Assembly (NCBI GenBank): GCA_050739575.1
Contig: JBOIBN010000002.1
Location: 2,404-66,403 of the forward strand
DNA length: 64,000 bases
Direction: 5' to 3'
From: Gammaproteobacteria bacterium
GTDB taxonomy: Bacteria; Pseudomonadota; Gammaproteobacteria; JAKDMP01
Both the position numbers and the translations under genes were made by a program. The notes beneath the pieces are model-generated. The model was not told the DNA's origin, made no database searches, and was given only the letters and a program-made list of their open reading frames with translations. This document shows, piece by piece, positions 1-9,540 of this stretch (positions are counted from its first letter, which is position 1; each line of letters opens with the position of its first letter).

Positions 1-1776
1 CACCCACCAATAACCGCGGCCCACGCCCTGGCAGCCGGCGATCGCATTGCCGATCAGGTTGGTGTTCGGATTCTGTATCCAGAAGCCGCTCGCCGGTTCG
101 ATGTAGATTGGGGTAGTCGGGCTGTCCTTCGGCGGACAGGCAGCCGTCGCTCCAGCCGCGGTGTTGACGTCGGGCGCCTGGCCTGCAAAACCGCCCCCGC
201 CCCCGGGGTCGAATGCCGTACACGAGCCGTGGGTCGGCTGAAGCCAGTTGTCGGTGTCCGGAATATTGAAGCCGTCATAGCCGATGTAATTGGGGGACGT
301 GGAATCGTTGGTCATGTAGTCGCCGGTCCACCAGTAATCGGCGATCAGTTGCTGGCGCGAGATGGTGGTGCCGTTTACCGTAACCGGGTTTATGTCGAAG
401 GAGTTGCTCATCGCGCCGAGGCCGAGATCGTTCTTGAAAGTAATGCCGCTGTCGTCGGCGGCGGTCGTGCTGTTGAGCTCCTCGTAAAAAATATGGCCGA
501 CGATGCGGGCGCAGACGAGGTTCGAGATTGTGACGTTCGCCGTATCATGAATGGTGACGCACTTGTTGTAACTGTGATCAACGCTGTCGGCGTTGACGAG
601 CGGTTTGTTGGCGGCATCGCCGACCATGTGAAAATGAATCGGATAGCTGCCGAGTTGGTCTTTGCCGAATTTTGATAGCCGCACGCCCTGAATCGCGACC
701 TGCTTGAATCCCGCATGGATCATGATCTCGCCGCCCCAATGCAAGTTGTCGGCTTCCGAGGTGTCCGCCGTCAGCTCGATGTCGCGGCTGATCAGCCCGA
801 CCTCGGCTCGCTCGTCCACCCCGTAGTTCTGGTCGGCGCCGTCGCACAGGAAGGCGGGCTGGGTTTTCTGCGAATCCAGAGGATCCTGACAGGTGGCGCT
901 CGCGGAGGAGGGCGCAAGACTGCCGAAGTGATAATGCTTGAGCGGTTGGAGCAGCGTTACCGTGCTACCGCCGTTCGGGTTCGAGAGCACGCTCGCGATC
1001 TGCACGAATTCGGTTTCAAACGGGCTGTAACTCGTGGTACCGACGACGATCCAGTCGCCGTATTGCCACGGCTCGGCACCCTTGGTTACGTCGGCGGTCA
1101 ATTGCAGTGTTTCCGTTCCTGTGCTCGCGACCTTGGCGCCCGCCACGTTGGTTCCGGCAGGTTGAGCGAGCGTGGTCCAACTGACGCCGCCCGTTCCCGG
1201 GACGCCCTTGGCACCATACATCAGCAGCGAGCCGCCCGAGGTCACGTCTATCCCTTTGGCGAAGCCTTTGCAAGCCGGGGTAGTCGAACCGTCGCCTGGC
1301 TTGCCAAGAAATTCGAGTACCACTTTATTGGCGCTCGTAATGGGCTTTGCCTCGGTGCCGTATTCGACCTTGCCGCCGTCCTCGATGCAGATGTCGTGGA
1401 CCGGAGTTTCGAGCGTCGCGAACGGGATCGAGTCGGCGGGCGCGGCGACGCCTTTTGCCATTACCTTGGTTGACTCGGCGGTAATGAGCAGGACGCCGCC
1501 ATTTTCGACCCTGATTTCGCCGAAGGCCGACGGATTCGCTGCCGAAGGTTCCATCTCCACGGTCGTGCAGCCCGGCGGCGCATCCGGCCCTCCGATCACG
1601 ACGTCTTTCTGCGCATCCACGACGCAACTGGCTATGGATGTATAGGAAGACGCGGACAGCTCGGTCGGAGACTGGTCGGACAGCGTGCCGTTGTTGCAGC
1701 CCGCGACGAGAAAAAGGATCAGGCCCGCAGGGATGCCGCAGAGAACGACGCGGGCGCCGGCAGATAGGGATGGCAT
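1..1776 (-). CDS. Large secreted beta-helix protein, paralog 1 (lipoprotein; 5' part only, runs off window start)
   Basis: Hand translation of the minus strand from ATG at 1776 (GGAGG 8 nt upstream) gives MPSLSAGARVVLCGIPAGLILFLVAGC... with a lipobox. About 60-70% identical to the N-terminal 600 aa of the 2485..6513 product (shared HWGGEIMIHAGFKQVAIQGVRLSKFGKD, PIHFHMVGDA, SNLVCARIVG). No stop before position 1. Confidence 0.6.
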   Translation of the reverse strand, partial: MPSLSAGARVVLCGIPAGLILFLVAGCNNGTLSDQSPTELSASSYTSIASCVVDAQKDVVIGGPDAPPGCTTVEMEPSAANPSAFGEIRVENGGVLLITAESTKVMAKGVAAPADSIPFATLETPVHDICIEDGGKVEYGTEAKPITSANKVVLEFLGKPGDGSTTPACKGFAKGIDVTSGGSLLMYGAKGVPGTGGVSWTTLAQPAGTNVAGAKVASTGTETLQLTADVTKGAEPWQYGDWIVVGTTSYSPFETEFVQIASVLSNPNGGSTVTLLQPLKHYHFGSLAPSSASATCQDPLDSQKTQPAFLCDGADQNYGVDERAEVGLISRDIELTADTSEADNLHWGGEIMIHAGFKQVAIQGVRLSKFGKDQLGSYPIHFHMVGDAANKPLVNADSVDHSYNKCVTIHDTANVTISNLVCARIVGHIFYEELNSTTAADDSGITFKNDLGLGAMSNSFDINPVTVNGTTISRQQLIADYWWTGDYMTNDSTSPNYIGYDGFNIPDTDNWLQPTHGSCTAFDPGGGGGFAGQAPDVNTAAGATAACPPKDSPTTPIYIEPASGFWIQNPNTNLIGNAIAGCQGVGRGYWWV

Positions 1777-1839
1777 GGAGAACCTCCGTTAGTATTAGAG
1801 GCGGGGTGTCTGGCGCGTATCATAGCGCGAACGGAACGC

Positions 1840-2129
1840 CGTTATCGGCCCTGATTGACGAGCGCGAGGCGAAGTTTCCAGCGAGCGGCGAGATCAACCG
1901 CAAGGTCGCCGACCAGCATGCCGCGATGGCGAAAGCGGAACGGTATTACGCGGATCAGGCACTGCGCGTAGATCGTCTCGACGGCCTGTCCATGGAGTTC
2001 GATAAATGGCGCTTCAACCTGCGCTCCTCCAATACCGAACCGCTGCTGAGACTCAATGTCGAGTCGCGCGGCGACCGCGGTCTGATGAAACTCAAGACCG
2101 AAGAGATCCTGAAACTCATCGGCGGGTGA
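1840..2129 (+). pseudogene. manB: 3' remnant of phosphomannomutase/phosphoglucomutase (ManB/CpsG C-terminal ~95 aa)
   Basis: C-terminal part of ORF 1638..2129 reads ...FPASGEINRKVADQ...VDRLDGLSMEFDKWRFNLRSSNTEPLLRLNVESRGDRGLMKLKTEEILKLI, a near-signature match to the extreme C-terminus of CpsG/ManB. The upstream ~370 aa of the enzyme are absent, replaced by the opposite-strand gene starting at 1776. Confidence 0.6.
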
Positions 2130-2436
2130 GCCGCACGATTGTTTTATGCCCTCCGGGCGGGGTGACTTTTGTTTCGCCAAAAAAGTCACCCAAAGCATCG
2201 TGCCGGGCGTTCGCGGCCGCAAGGCTGGGAAGCCTTGCGCCTGCCCTGCGATGCTCGCCCGCAACGGGCCGGGCGGCAACTCGGCCTGCGCGATATATCG
2301 CTCCGGCCTCAAACACTCCGCCCTTTCCCCCGTTGCGTTCTGTGCTTCTCGGCGCGCCCGACGGCACAAAACGGGAAGGGAGGTAAGAGCGGCGATCCCC
2401 GCCGCGATTTCGTTTCTTATTTGTTTTCACTGTCAC

Positions 2437-2471
2437 CTCCATCCCTCTCGCGTCGAGGGAGAGGGATGGAG
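2437..2471 (-). terminator. Perfect 13-bp stem hairpin 14 nt after the stop of the 2485..6513 gene (no U-tract)
   Basis: ctccatccctctc-gcgtcgagg-gagagggatggag. A-rich rather than T-rich follows on the coding strand, so this is not a canonical intrinsic terminator. Confidence 0.25.
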
Positions 2472-2484
2472 CGAATCAAGCCGA

Positions 2485-5400
2485 TTAAGGTTGCGGTTCG
2501 GTCGCCGTACACATGGGGCCGTTCGTCGCCGTGTAGTAGGGGTTGCCCTGCTTGTCCAGCGCGACCTGCCGTTGAATAACGGTATTAGTACCATAAACTA
2601 CAAGTTTGTTCTGGTTTGCCGGCGCCGGTTTCAGGTCCGCCACCGCCGGTGTGCAGTTGCTCGAAGGGCCCGGAACATAGTTGGGATCGGTCTCGGCGAT
2701 CGTGTAGATGGGGCAGCCTTCCTTGGGACAGGCGTAATAGCTCTCGCCCGCGGCGACATCCGGACACGACGGATCGTCGTTGCCGTTGGCGCAACTGCCC
2801 GTCGGTGACGGCGCAACCGGGTTAGGCTCGACCTGGGCGACGTTGAGGTACAACATGCCGGTGGTCGGGTTGTAGTAGAACTTCTTGAGATCCGGCGAGT
2901 GATTGGGGTTCGTGAGTTCACCGATGGCGGTGGCAGGATTCAGGGCGGTCGTCGGGGCAGACGGGCACGTTCCCTGGAAATCGTTGCCATGCCAGGGGAT
3001 GTTGGCCTTGTTGTTGGCGTCGAGATTGTTGCAGTCCAGCGGCGTCCAGTATTTTAGAAGTTCCGGGTCTTGCTGCCAAGTGTTGCCGCCGACGTAGGAT
3101 TTGTAGCCGCGGGTAATCACGAACTGGCTCGAATCCGCCGGGTGCGTCCCGTTGGCATTGGTGTAGCAAATCCCGAGCTGGATGAAGAACGGATGGCGTG
3201 CGCTGATGTTCGGGTCCACGACGTCGGCGAGTCCCACGTCGATCCACTTCCAGATTCCGGCTTTGCCGGAATTCTGCGACGGCGGAACGGAGGGCGACGT
3301 GGTCTTCGCCACGGTAACCGTATAACCGTAGCCGTTAGCCACCTTGGGTTCCCAAATGCCGAGCCCGTTGCGCCCGGTCTGCATCGTCATGTCCGGGTGG
3401 AACATGCCGCCCTTGCCGTCGGACGTCTGATCGTCACGAGTAAAGATCATGTCCTGCCAGTGCGAATTGGTGTCGCCCGGATAATCGTCGAGATTCGTCT
3501 GATTGGCGTAAAGGAATGGATAAAGGTCCGAAAATTCCAGCGTTCCCATGGACGCCGGCGACATCAGCGAGCTGTCGCGTCCCTCGAATTGCGCGTTCTG
3601 TCCGCCCCGCGAGAGGCATTCGTCCACCGAGTTCGAGGTCGCGTTGAAGGGAAGATTGTTGAGTGAAATTACGTGCACCGGACTGCTGCCGGCATTGGGC
3701 GCGAGCTGCACCCCGAGGCCGGCGAGCGTCCCGTCTTCGTCAATGATCGCCGTGTTCTTGTCGCCGTCGTTGAAGTTGGTGTTGACACTGACCAGATCGG
3801 TGTAGATCTGGTGGCGCAGGTTGCTATCCACCCAGATCAATTCCTTCGAGGCCGTACCGGTCGGATACGCGCTCTGGTTGGACTGGAACCAGCCGAAGGC
3901 GGCATCGCCTTCATACGGGGTCGGCGGCCCCTGGCCGGTCGGGGACTTCATGTGGGTTTCCCAATCCTTCAGGAAGGTACAGTCCGCAGTATCGAGTTCG
4001 CGGTAAAAAGCCCCGGCTCCAGCACCGGAGCAAGGCATGGCGCTGGTCCAGCCTGAGTTGTAGTTGAAATTGACGAAGCGGTCGTGAAAGACCCGCACCG
4101 GTCCGTCATAGAGCATGTAGCCGAAGTCGTTCCAGTTGGGTTCTTCGTAGCCCTGGCCCATTTCCGCCCCGCTGTGCGGGGTCTCGCCGATGGGCGGAGG
4201 CGTGTGATCCACGCAGCCCAGGAAACCGCCCGTGTTTCCTCCCAGCATGCCGCCCCGCGGACACGGCCCCCAGCGCCCCACGTTGTTCTGGCTGTAGCCG
4301 ACGACAACACTGTTTTCCAGAAGATCCCAGACGCCGGGGGCATTGCCGTCGAGGCCCCCGCTGGTGACCATAGACACATTCTCGCGGTTGGAGGCAAAGT
4401 GGCCATCCTTGATCGCGAACCAGACGGGCCGCAGCCATACACCGCGGAAGCGGTTGCGCGTCGCCGTCATGCCGTCGAGCGTGGCAATAATGGACGGACT
4501 GTTCACGATGCCTAACGCGTGGGGAAAGAGTTGGTCCGAATGTACGCTGTATTCGTTCTCCGCGTAGAAGCCCGAGTAGCAGGCGCTCGCCCGGTTGTCT
4601 CCGAATTTACCCAAGCGAAAGAACTTGGGTTCTTCGTTCACGCCGTTGACCATGATGGGAGGGCCCGGCATCACCCACCAGAAACCCCGGCCTACGCCCT
4701 GGCAACCGGCGATGGCATTGCCCTCCAGCACGGTCTTCGGATTCTGGATCCAGAAGCCGTTGGCCGGCTCGATGTAAACCGGATAGGCAATTTTATCCTT
4801 GACGAACTGGCTGCACGGCGTGTAAGTCGTTGTGCCATCCGCGTTGGTCACCAGGGGATTGAAATAGCCCCCCAACGAGCCGCTGTTGTTGGGATCGTAA
4901 CGGGTGCAGGAGCCGTTTACCAATTGCGCCTGATTGCCGGTATCGGGAATGTTGAAGCCGTCGTAGCCGATGCAGTTGGACCCGCATTCGCTATTGGTCA
5001 TGTAATCGCCCGTCCACCAGTACCTGTTGATCAGTTCCTGACGCGTGATCGGGTTTCCGCCGACGTTCACCGGGTAGATGTCGAAGGAGTTGCTCATCGC
5101 CCCGATGCCGAGATCGTTCTTGAAGACGATGCCACTGTCGTCGGCCACGTTGTCTTCGTCATACGACCCGAGTTCCTGGTAGAAGATCTGTCCCACGATG
5201 CGGGCACAAACCAGATTCGAAATCGTCAGGTTGGAGGTTTCGTGAATGGTCACGCAGTGGTTGTAGCTGTGGTCCACGCTGTCGGCGTTGATGATCGGCA
5301 TGTTTTCCGCATCGCCGACCATGTGAAAGTGGATCGGGTAGCTGCCGAGCTTATCCTTGCCGAACTTCGAGAGGCGCACGCCTTGGATCGCAACCTGCTT

Positions 5401-6513
5401 GAAGCCCGCGTGGATCATGATTTCGCCGCCCCAGTGCTCGCTGGTGGTGGCAGGCGGCGGGGGCGGGGTGATCGGCGCCGTATCCGCCGTCAGCGTAATG
5501 TCGCGGCTGATCAACCCGACCTCGGCACGCTCGTCCACGCCGTAGTTCCGGGCGGGGCCGTCGCACAGGAACGCAGGTTGCGTGCTGGTGGCGGAATGGG
5601 CCGGATACAGGGGGTCCGGGCAGGTGGCGGTGGCCGAGGAGGGCGCCAGGCTGCCGAAATGATAATGCTTGAGCGGCTGGAGCAGCGTCACCGTACTGCC
5701 GCCGTTGGGGCCGGAGGTTACGGTGTCCACCTGGACGAACTCGGTATCGAACGGCGTGTAGCTTGTCGTGGCGACTACGATCCAGTTGCCTGGCTGCCAC
5801 GGTTCGGCGCCTTTGGTTACGTCGGCGGTCAGTTGAAGCGTTTTCGTTCCCGTGCTCGCGACCTTGGCCCCCGCCACGTTGATTCCGGCGGGCGCGGCGA
5901 GCGTCGTCCAGCTCACGCCCCCCGTCTCCGGCACGCCCTTGGTGCCATACATCAGCAGCGAGCCGCCCGAGGTCACGTCGATCCCCTTGGCGAAGTCTTT
6001 GCACGCCGGTACGCGGGACATCACCGAACGATCGCCGACGAAGTCCAGCACCACGCCGTTGTTCACGTCGGTGACCGGCGCGTTCGGTCTGCCGATCGCC
6101 AGGATGCCGCCGTCTGTGATGCAGAAGTCCCGGATCTTCGCTACCGTCTTTGTTTCGGCATTCGCGGACTGACCCGGAATCACCAGCGTACCGCCGTTTG
6201 CGATCCAGATTTCACCGAACGATACCGTGGCAGAGGCGGGTGCCATCACAACAACACCGGGTGCGGTGCACCCTGGCTTTGCAAGCGGGCCACCGATTGC
6301 AACGTCTTTCTCAGCATTCAGGATGCAACTGGCTATGGGCGTAATTGATGTCGTAGAAGATGGGGACAGCGCCGAGGGAGACGGGTCAACCAGCCCGCTG
6401 TTGCTGCTGCCGGCGACGAGGAACGGCACCATTACCGGCACGATTACCAACGCTACCCATGGGGCGATGCGCCTGGTGGCGCGGAAGCGGACCGATCTAC
6501 GAGGCATGGCCAT
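2485..6513 (-). CDS. Giant secreted beta-helix protein, paralog 2 (1342 aa; G8/PbH1-like N-terminal half, Cys/Asn/Gly/Thr-rich C-terminal half)
   Basis: Intact 1342-aa ORF with signal peptide MAMPRRSVRF...VPFLVAGSS. The N-terminal ~640 aa are paralogous to the 1..1776 gene, with right-handed beta-helix-like repeats (HSYNHCVTIHETSNLTISNLVCARIVGQIFY). The C-terminal ~700 aa are a low-complexity, cysteine-rich extracellular region. The functional call (CEMIP/TMEM2-like glycan-active protein) is only a family-level guess. Confidence 0.7.
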   Translation of the reverse strand: MAMPRRSVRFRATRRIAPWVALVIVPVMVPFLVAGSSNSGLVDPSPSALSPSSTTSITPIASCILNAEKDVAIGGPLAKPGCTAPGVVVMAPASATVSFGEIWIANGGTLVIPGQSANAETKTVAKIRDFCITDGGILAIGRPNAPVTDVNNGVVLDFVGDRSVMSRVPACKDFAKGIDVTSGGSLLMYGTKGVPETGGVSWTTLAAPAGINVAGAKVASTGTKTLQLTADVTKGAEPWQPGNWIVVATTSYTPFDTEFVQVDTVTSGPNGGSTVTLLQPLKHYHFGSLAPSSATATCPDPLYPAHSATSTQPAFLCDGPARNYGVDERAEVGLISRDITLTADTAPITPPPPPATTSEHWGGEIMIHAGFKQVAIQGVRLSKFGKDKLGSYPIHFHMVGDAENMPIINADSVDHSYNHCVTIHETSNLTISNLVCARIVGQIFYQELGSYDEDNVADDSGIVFKNDLGIGAMSNSFDIYPVNVGGNPITRQELINRYWWTGDYMTNSECGSNCIGYDGFNIPDTGNQAQLVNGSCTRYDPNNSGSLGGYFNPLVTNADGTTTYTPCSQFVKDKIAYPVYIEPANGFWIQNPKTVLEGNAIAGCQGVGRGFWWVMPGPPIMVNGVNEEPKFFRLGKFGDNRASACYSGFYAENEYSVHSDQLFPHALGIVNSPSIIATLDGMTATRNRFRGVWLRPVWFAIKDGHFASNRENVSMVTSGGLDGNAPGVWDLLENSVVVGYSQNNVGRWGPCPRGGMLGGNTGGFLGCVDHTPPPIGETPHSGAEMGQGYEEPNWNDFGYMLYDGPVRVFHDRFVNFNYNSGWTSAMPCSGAGAGAFYRELDTADCTFLKDWETHMKSPTGQGPPTPYEGDAAFGWFQSNQSAYPTGTASKELIWVDSNLRHQIYTDLVSVNTNFNDGDKNTAIIDEDGTLAGLGVQLAPNAGSSPVHVISLNNLPFNATSNSVDECLSRGGQNAQFEGRDSSLMSPASMGTLEFSDLYPFLYANQTNLDDYPGDTNSHWQDMIFTRDDQTSDGKGGMFHPDMTMQTGRNGLGIWEPKVANGYGYTVTVAKTTSPSVPPSQNSGKAGIWKWIDVGLADVVDPNISARHPFFIQLGICYTNANGTHPADSSQFVITRGYKSYVGGNTWQQDPELLKYWTPLDCNNLDANNKANIPWHGNDFQGTCPSAPTTALNPATAIGELTNPNHSPDLKKFYYNPTTGMLYLNVAQVEPNPVAPSPTGSCANGNDDPSCPDVAAGESYYACPKEGCPIYTIAETDPNYVPGPSSNCTPAVADLKPAPANQNKLVVYGTNTVIQRQVALDKQGNPYYTATNGPMCTATEPQP

Positions 6514-6667
6514 CTACTCCTGCATTACTGCGTGGTAGTGAGTTTATAACGGGCAGAAGCATACGCTTTTTTTTTGCTTCTGTAGAGTCTGACGGAAGTG
6601 AAGACTCCAAGCCATAACTGAATTGGTATGCTATACTACCAACACACCATTAGGAAGGTCGTCGGTC

Positions 6668-7618
6668 ATGTTTCGAATCCTTCGTTTTCCCGCCGTGGTC
6701 GTCCTTGTTGCACTGCCCATGCTAGCGCTGGCGCGGCCGCCGCTTATTTATCATCAAACCGTCAATATGACTGCCAATCAAGGGGCAAACGTAAAGCTGA
6801 TGCTCGGCAGCCCGGACGTGCAGATCGCAGTCAAACCGGTCAAATCGGTCACAGTGACGGTGGACATCTGGGCCAACGCAAGTTCCAAGGACGACAAGGC
6901 GAAGATCGTCAACCGCCTGGCCCCGACGACGAGCATGCAGGGCGACGATGTGCTCGTCCGTTCCCCCGAAAATCATGGATCGCACTGGAGTTTCGGTTGG
7001 CACCAGTCGCCTGAGGTACTGGTCTCCGTGGTCATGCCGCCGAGCATGAACGTCAATTATCGTCTCGGCTCCGGAGATTTCCGGTTCGACAACGCCGGTG
7101 CGCCGACCGCCATCAATGGCGAATCGGGATCCGGCGATGTCATGGTCCATTCGGCCTCCAAACAGCTCGTAATCAAGGCCGGTTCCGGCGATCTCGACAT
7201 CGGCCAGAACGGCAATGCCGATCAGGCGAAGCTCACGGCCGGATCGGGAGACGTCCGGTTTGAAGGCACGGTGCAGACGCTCGATATCCATACCGGTTCC
7301 GGCGACATGAACATCAACGCGGGCATGCATTCCGCCCGGCTGAATGCGGGATCGGGCGACATCACCGCACATTGGCGCAACCTGTCGCAGGGTTCGTCGC
7401 TGAGTGCGGACGCGGGATCGGGCGACGTGATGTTTTATTTCCCTGACGGCACCGCGCTTACGGGCCGTTTGAGTACCGGCAGCGGAGACATGGAAAGCCA
7501 GTCTCCCGGCACGCTCAGCAGCGAGCACCATGTATTTACGCTTTCCGGCGGTAACGGGGCAGTGACCCTCGATGCCAGCACCGGCTCCGGTGACCTGATA
7601 TTGCGCAAGGGCGGTTGA
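6668..7618 (+). CDS. DUF4097 (putative adhesin / SGD-repeat beta-helix) secreted protein
   Basis: ATG at 6668 with AGGAAGG 8 nt upstream. Signal peptide MFRILRFPAVVVLVALPMLALA, followed by ~12 repeats of the (A/T)GSGD(V/M/I/L) motif. Divergent from the giant-protein gene. Confidence 0.75.
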   Translation: MFRILRFPAVVVLVALPMLALARPPLIYHQTVNMTANQGANVKLMLGSPDVQIAVKPVKSVTVTVDIWANASSKDDKAKIVNRLAPTTSMQGDDVLVRSPENHGSHWSFGWHQSPEVLVSVVMPPSMNVNYRLGSGDFRFDNAGAPTAINGESGSGDVMVHSASKQLVIKAGSGDLDIGQNGNADQAKLTAGSGDVRFEGTVQTLDIHTGSGDMNINAGMHSARLNAGSGDITAHWRNLSQGSSLSADAGSGDVMFYFPDGTALTGRLSTGSGDMESQSPGTLSSEHHVFTLSGGNGAVTLDASTGSGDLILRKGG

Positions 7619-7679
7619 GCCGGGTTCTTACAGGGTCGGCACGCAACGTAAACAACCCTTGCCTCCAGGCGAGGCTTGT

Positions 7680-8102
7680 TTACTCGTCGGCGGGTGATCG
7701 CCGAAGCTGTTTTCGTTTCCCTTGTCGCCGTTTGGCCTCGATCCGTTTCTTTTTGGCGGCGCGGCTGACGCGGGGTTTTTTGCGCGGCTTCGGCTTTTCC
7801 GCCGCGCGTCGGATCAACACGAGTAGCCGCTCGATTGCGTCTTCGCGGTTGCGTTCCTGTGTGCGGTAGCGCTTGGCCTGGATGACGATCACACCGTCCT
7901 TGGTTGCACGCCGGCCGGCCAGCTTCATGAGGCGCGTGCGAACGTCTTCGGGCAGGGAGGCTGCGTTCGCGGCGTCAAAGCGTAGTTGGGCCGCCGTCGC
8001 GACCTTGTTGACGTTCTGGCCGCCCGGTCCGGAGGCGCGGACGAAGTTGAGTTCGATTTCGCTATCGTCGATCGCAAGCGCAACGGTAACCGGAATCTTC
8101 AT
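7680..8102 (-). CDS. arfB: Alternative ribosome-rescue factor ArfB (peptidyl-tRNA hydrolase, GGQ motif)
   Basis: 140 aa. ...VRASGPGGQNVNKVATAAQLRF... followed by a basic C-terminal tail (KPKPRKKPRVSRAAKKKRIEAKRR), as in YaeJ/ArfB. Confidence 0.85.
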   Translation of the reverse strand: MKIPVTVALAIDDSEIELNFVRASGPGGQNVNKVATAAQLRFDAANAASLPEDVRTRLMKLAGRRATKDGVIVIQAKRYRTQERNREDAIERLLVLIRRAAEKPKPRKKPRVSRAAKKKRIEAKRRQGKRKQLRRSPADE

Positions 8103-8149
8103 CTTCTGATGAAGCGCCTAATTCCGGCGGCGTATTCCGCCGCGCCCAT

Positions 8150-8611
8150 CTACTTCCCGGTTTCCTTCATTCGCTTCTGTAACTCTTCCGGCGACACCTC
8201 TTCGACGTGGGTCCCGACGTGCCAGCGATGCCCGAAGGGATCGATGATGCTGCCCATTCGATCGCCGTAGAACTGGTCCGCCACCGGACGGTCGAGTTTG
8301 GCGCCGGCGGTGATGGCGCGTTTCACCACGGCGTCCACGTCTTTCACGTACAGCATGATGCTTACGCCGGGCGCGGCGCCGGATTGTGGGCCGAAGATCT
8401 TCATCTCGGGATGTTCGTCGGCGAGCATCACACGGGAATCGCCGATTGTGATCTCGGCATGGCCGACGCGTCCGCCCTCCTGCATGCGCAGCACTTCCAC
8501 CGCGCCGAATGCCTGCTTGTAGAAATCGAGCGCAGCGGCGGCGCCTTTCACCACCAGATAGGGCGTGACGCTGTGATAGCCCACGGGTATGGGGTTCACT
8601 TTTCCGGACAT
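8150..8611 (-). CDS. VOC-family (glyoxalase/bleomycin-resistance fold) protein
   Basis: Start taken at MSGKVNPIPVGYHSVTPYLVV (ATG 8611, GGGAG 7 nt upstream). PhnB-like VOC fold motifs are present. Confidence 0.7.
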   Translation of the reverse strand: MSGKVNPIPVGYHSVTPYLVVKGAAAALDFYKQAFGAVEVLRMQEGGRVGHAEITIGDSRVMLADEHPEMKIFGPQSGAAPGVSIMLYVKDVDAVVKRAITAGAKLDRPVADQFYGDRMGSIIDPFGHRWHVGTHVEEVSPEELQKRMKETGK

Positions 8612-8784
8612 GGCTGGGCTCCCGATTGCGGATTTATGGCCTCCCTTATGGTAATCCTGCAGGAAACGGCAGTGGGGCAGTGGCGGGCCGTGTAGAATCG
8701 GCAGGCCCGTCGGAGGGCTTCTTTTTTTATGCGGAGATCCCACCGTTGCTCGTTGAAGTGCTGGTGATCTTTCAGGTGACGGCC

Positions 8785-9528
8785 ATGGCGGCGCTGATCG
8801 TCATCGGCGGCCTGGTCGAGGGCTATGGCTACGGGCTTTCGCTCGGCACGAAATGGCCGTATCACGAAAAGATGGCGACGCGCGCCGCGTGGACCGATCC
8901 CGAAATCTGGCACCGGATACTTGCCACGATTCTGGGCTTGAATGCGATCGCGATCCTCGCGCTCGCACCCGGCGCGAACACGATCGCCGGACTCGTCCTC
9001 ATCGCGCTCACCGCGATTCTCGGCATGGCGACGTTGCACGTGCTCGCGGGCCGGGCGCCGGCATTTCTGCAAGGGCTGCACGGTCTGCTTGCCTATGCCA
9101 CCTTCATCACCTATCTCGTGGTATTGCACATCAACAGCCTGCCCGTGTGGACCTACATCAAGGTGATGCCGGTGCTGCATGCTTTCCTGTTGATGATCTT
9201 CCTCGGCGGCATGGTAACGGGGCAGCGCGGCTATCAACGGGCGATCGGCGCCTTTGTCGCGCCGCGCACGAAAGGACAATGGATCTTCGTGCTGCATGGC
9301 CTTGCGGGACTACTGTTCCTGCTCGTGCTCGCGTTGTATGCGCGCGTTTATTCGGCGGCGCTGATCCTCGCGCTGCTTCAGTTCATCATCGGTTTCGCGC
9401 TCTTCCACTCGGTGAACGGGAGGCCGGAGCGGCCCGGCATTCTCGTCGCCTTCCACCAGGGCATGGCGCTCCTGATCCTGTTTGCGATCGTCTATGTCTG
9501 GCAGGTGCCGCTGTACGGCTTCGGCTGA
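8785..9528 (+). CDS. Polytopic inner-membrane protein, function unknown
   Basis: About 7 predicted TM helices with many conserved His. Start uncertain: ATG 8785 has an AGGTGA RBS, and in-frame TTG/GTG candidates lie upstream. Confidence 0.45.
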   Translation: MAALIVIGGLVEGYGYGLSLGTKWPYHEKMATRAAWTDPEIWHRILATILGLNAIAILALAPGANTIAGLVLIALTAILGMATLHVLAGRAPAFLQGLHGLLAYATFITYLVVLHINSLPVWTYIKVMPVLHAFLLMIFLGGMVTGQRGYQRAIGAFVAPRTKGQWIFVLHGLAGLLFLLVLALYARVYSAALILALLQFIIGFALFHSVNGRPERPGILVAFHQGMALLILFAIVYVWQVPLYGFG

Positions 9529-9540
9529 TCCAGGGAAATT

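Noticed and set aside
4519-6348. 609-aa plus-strand ORF
   Set aside because: Antisense to the 2485..6513 beta-helix gene. High-GC DNA generates long stop-free antisense frames, and the product is Arg/Gly/Ala low-complexity with no domain signal.
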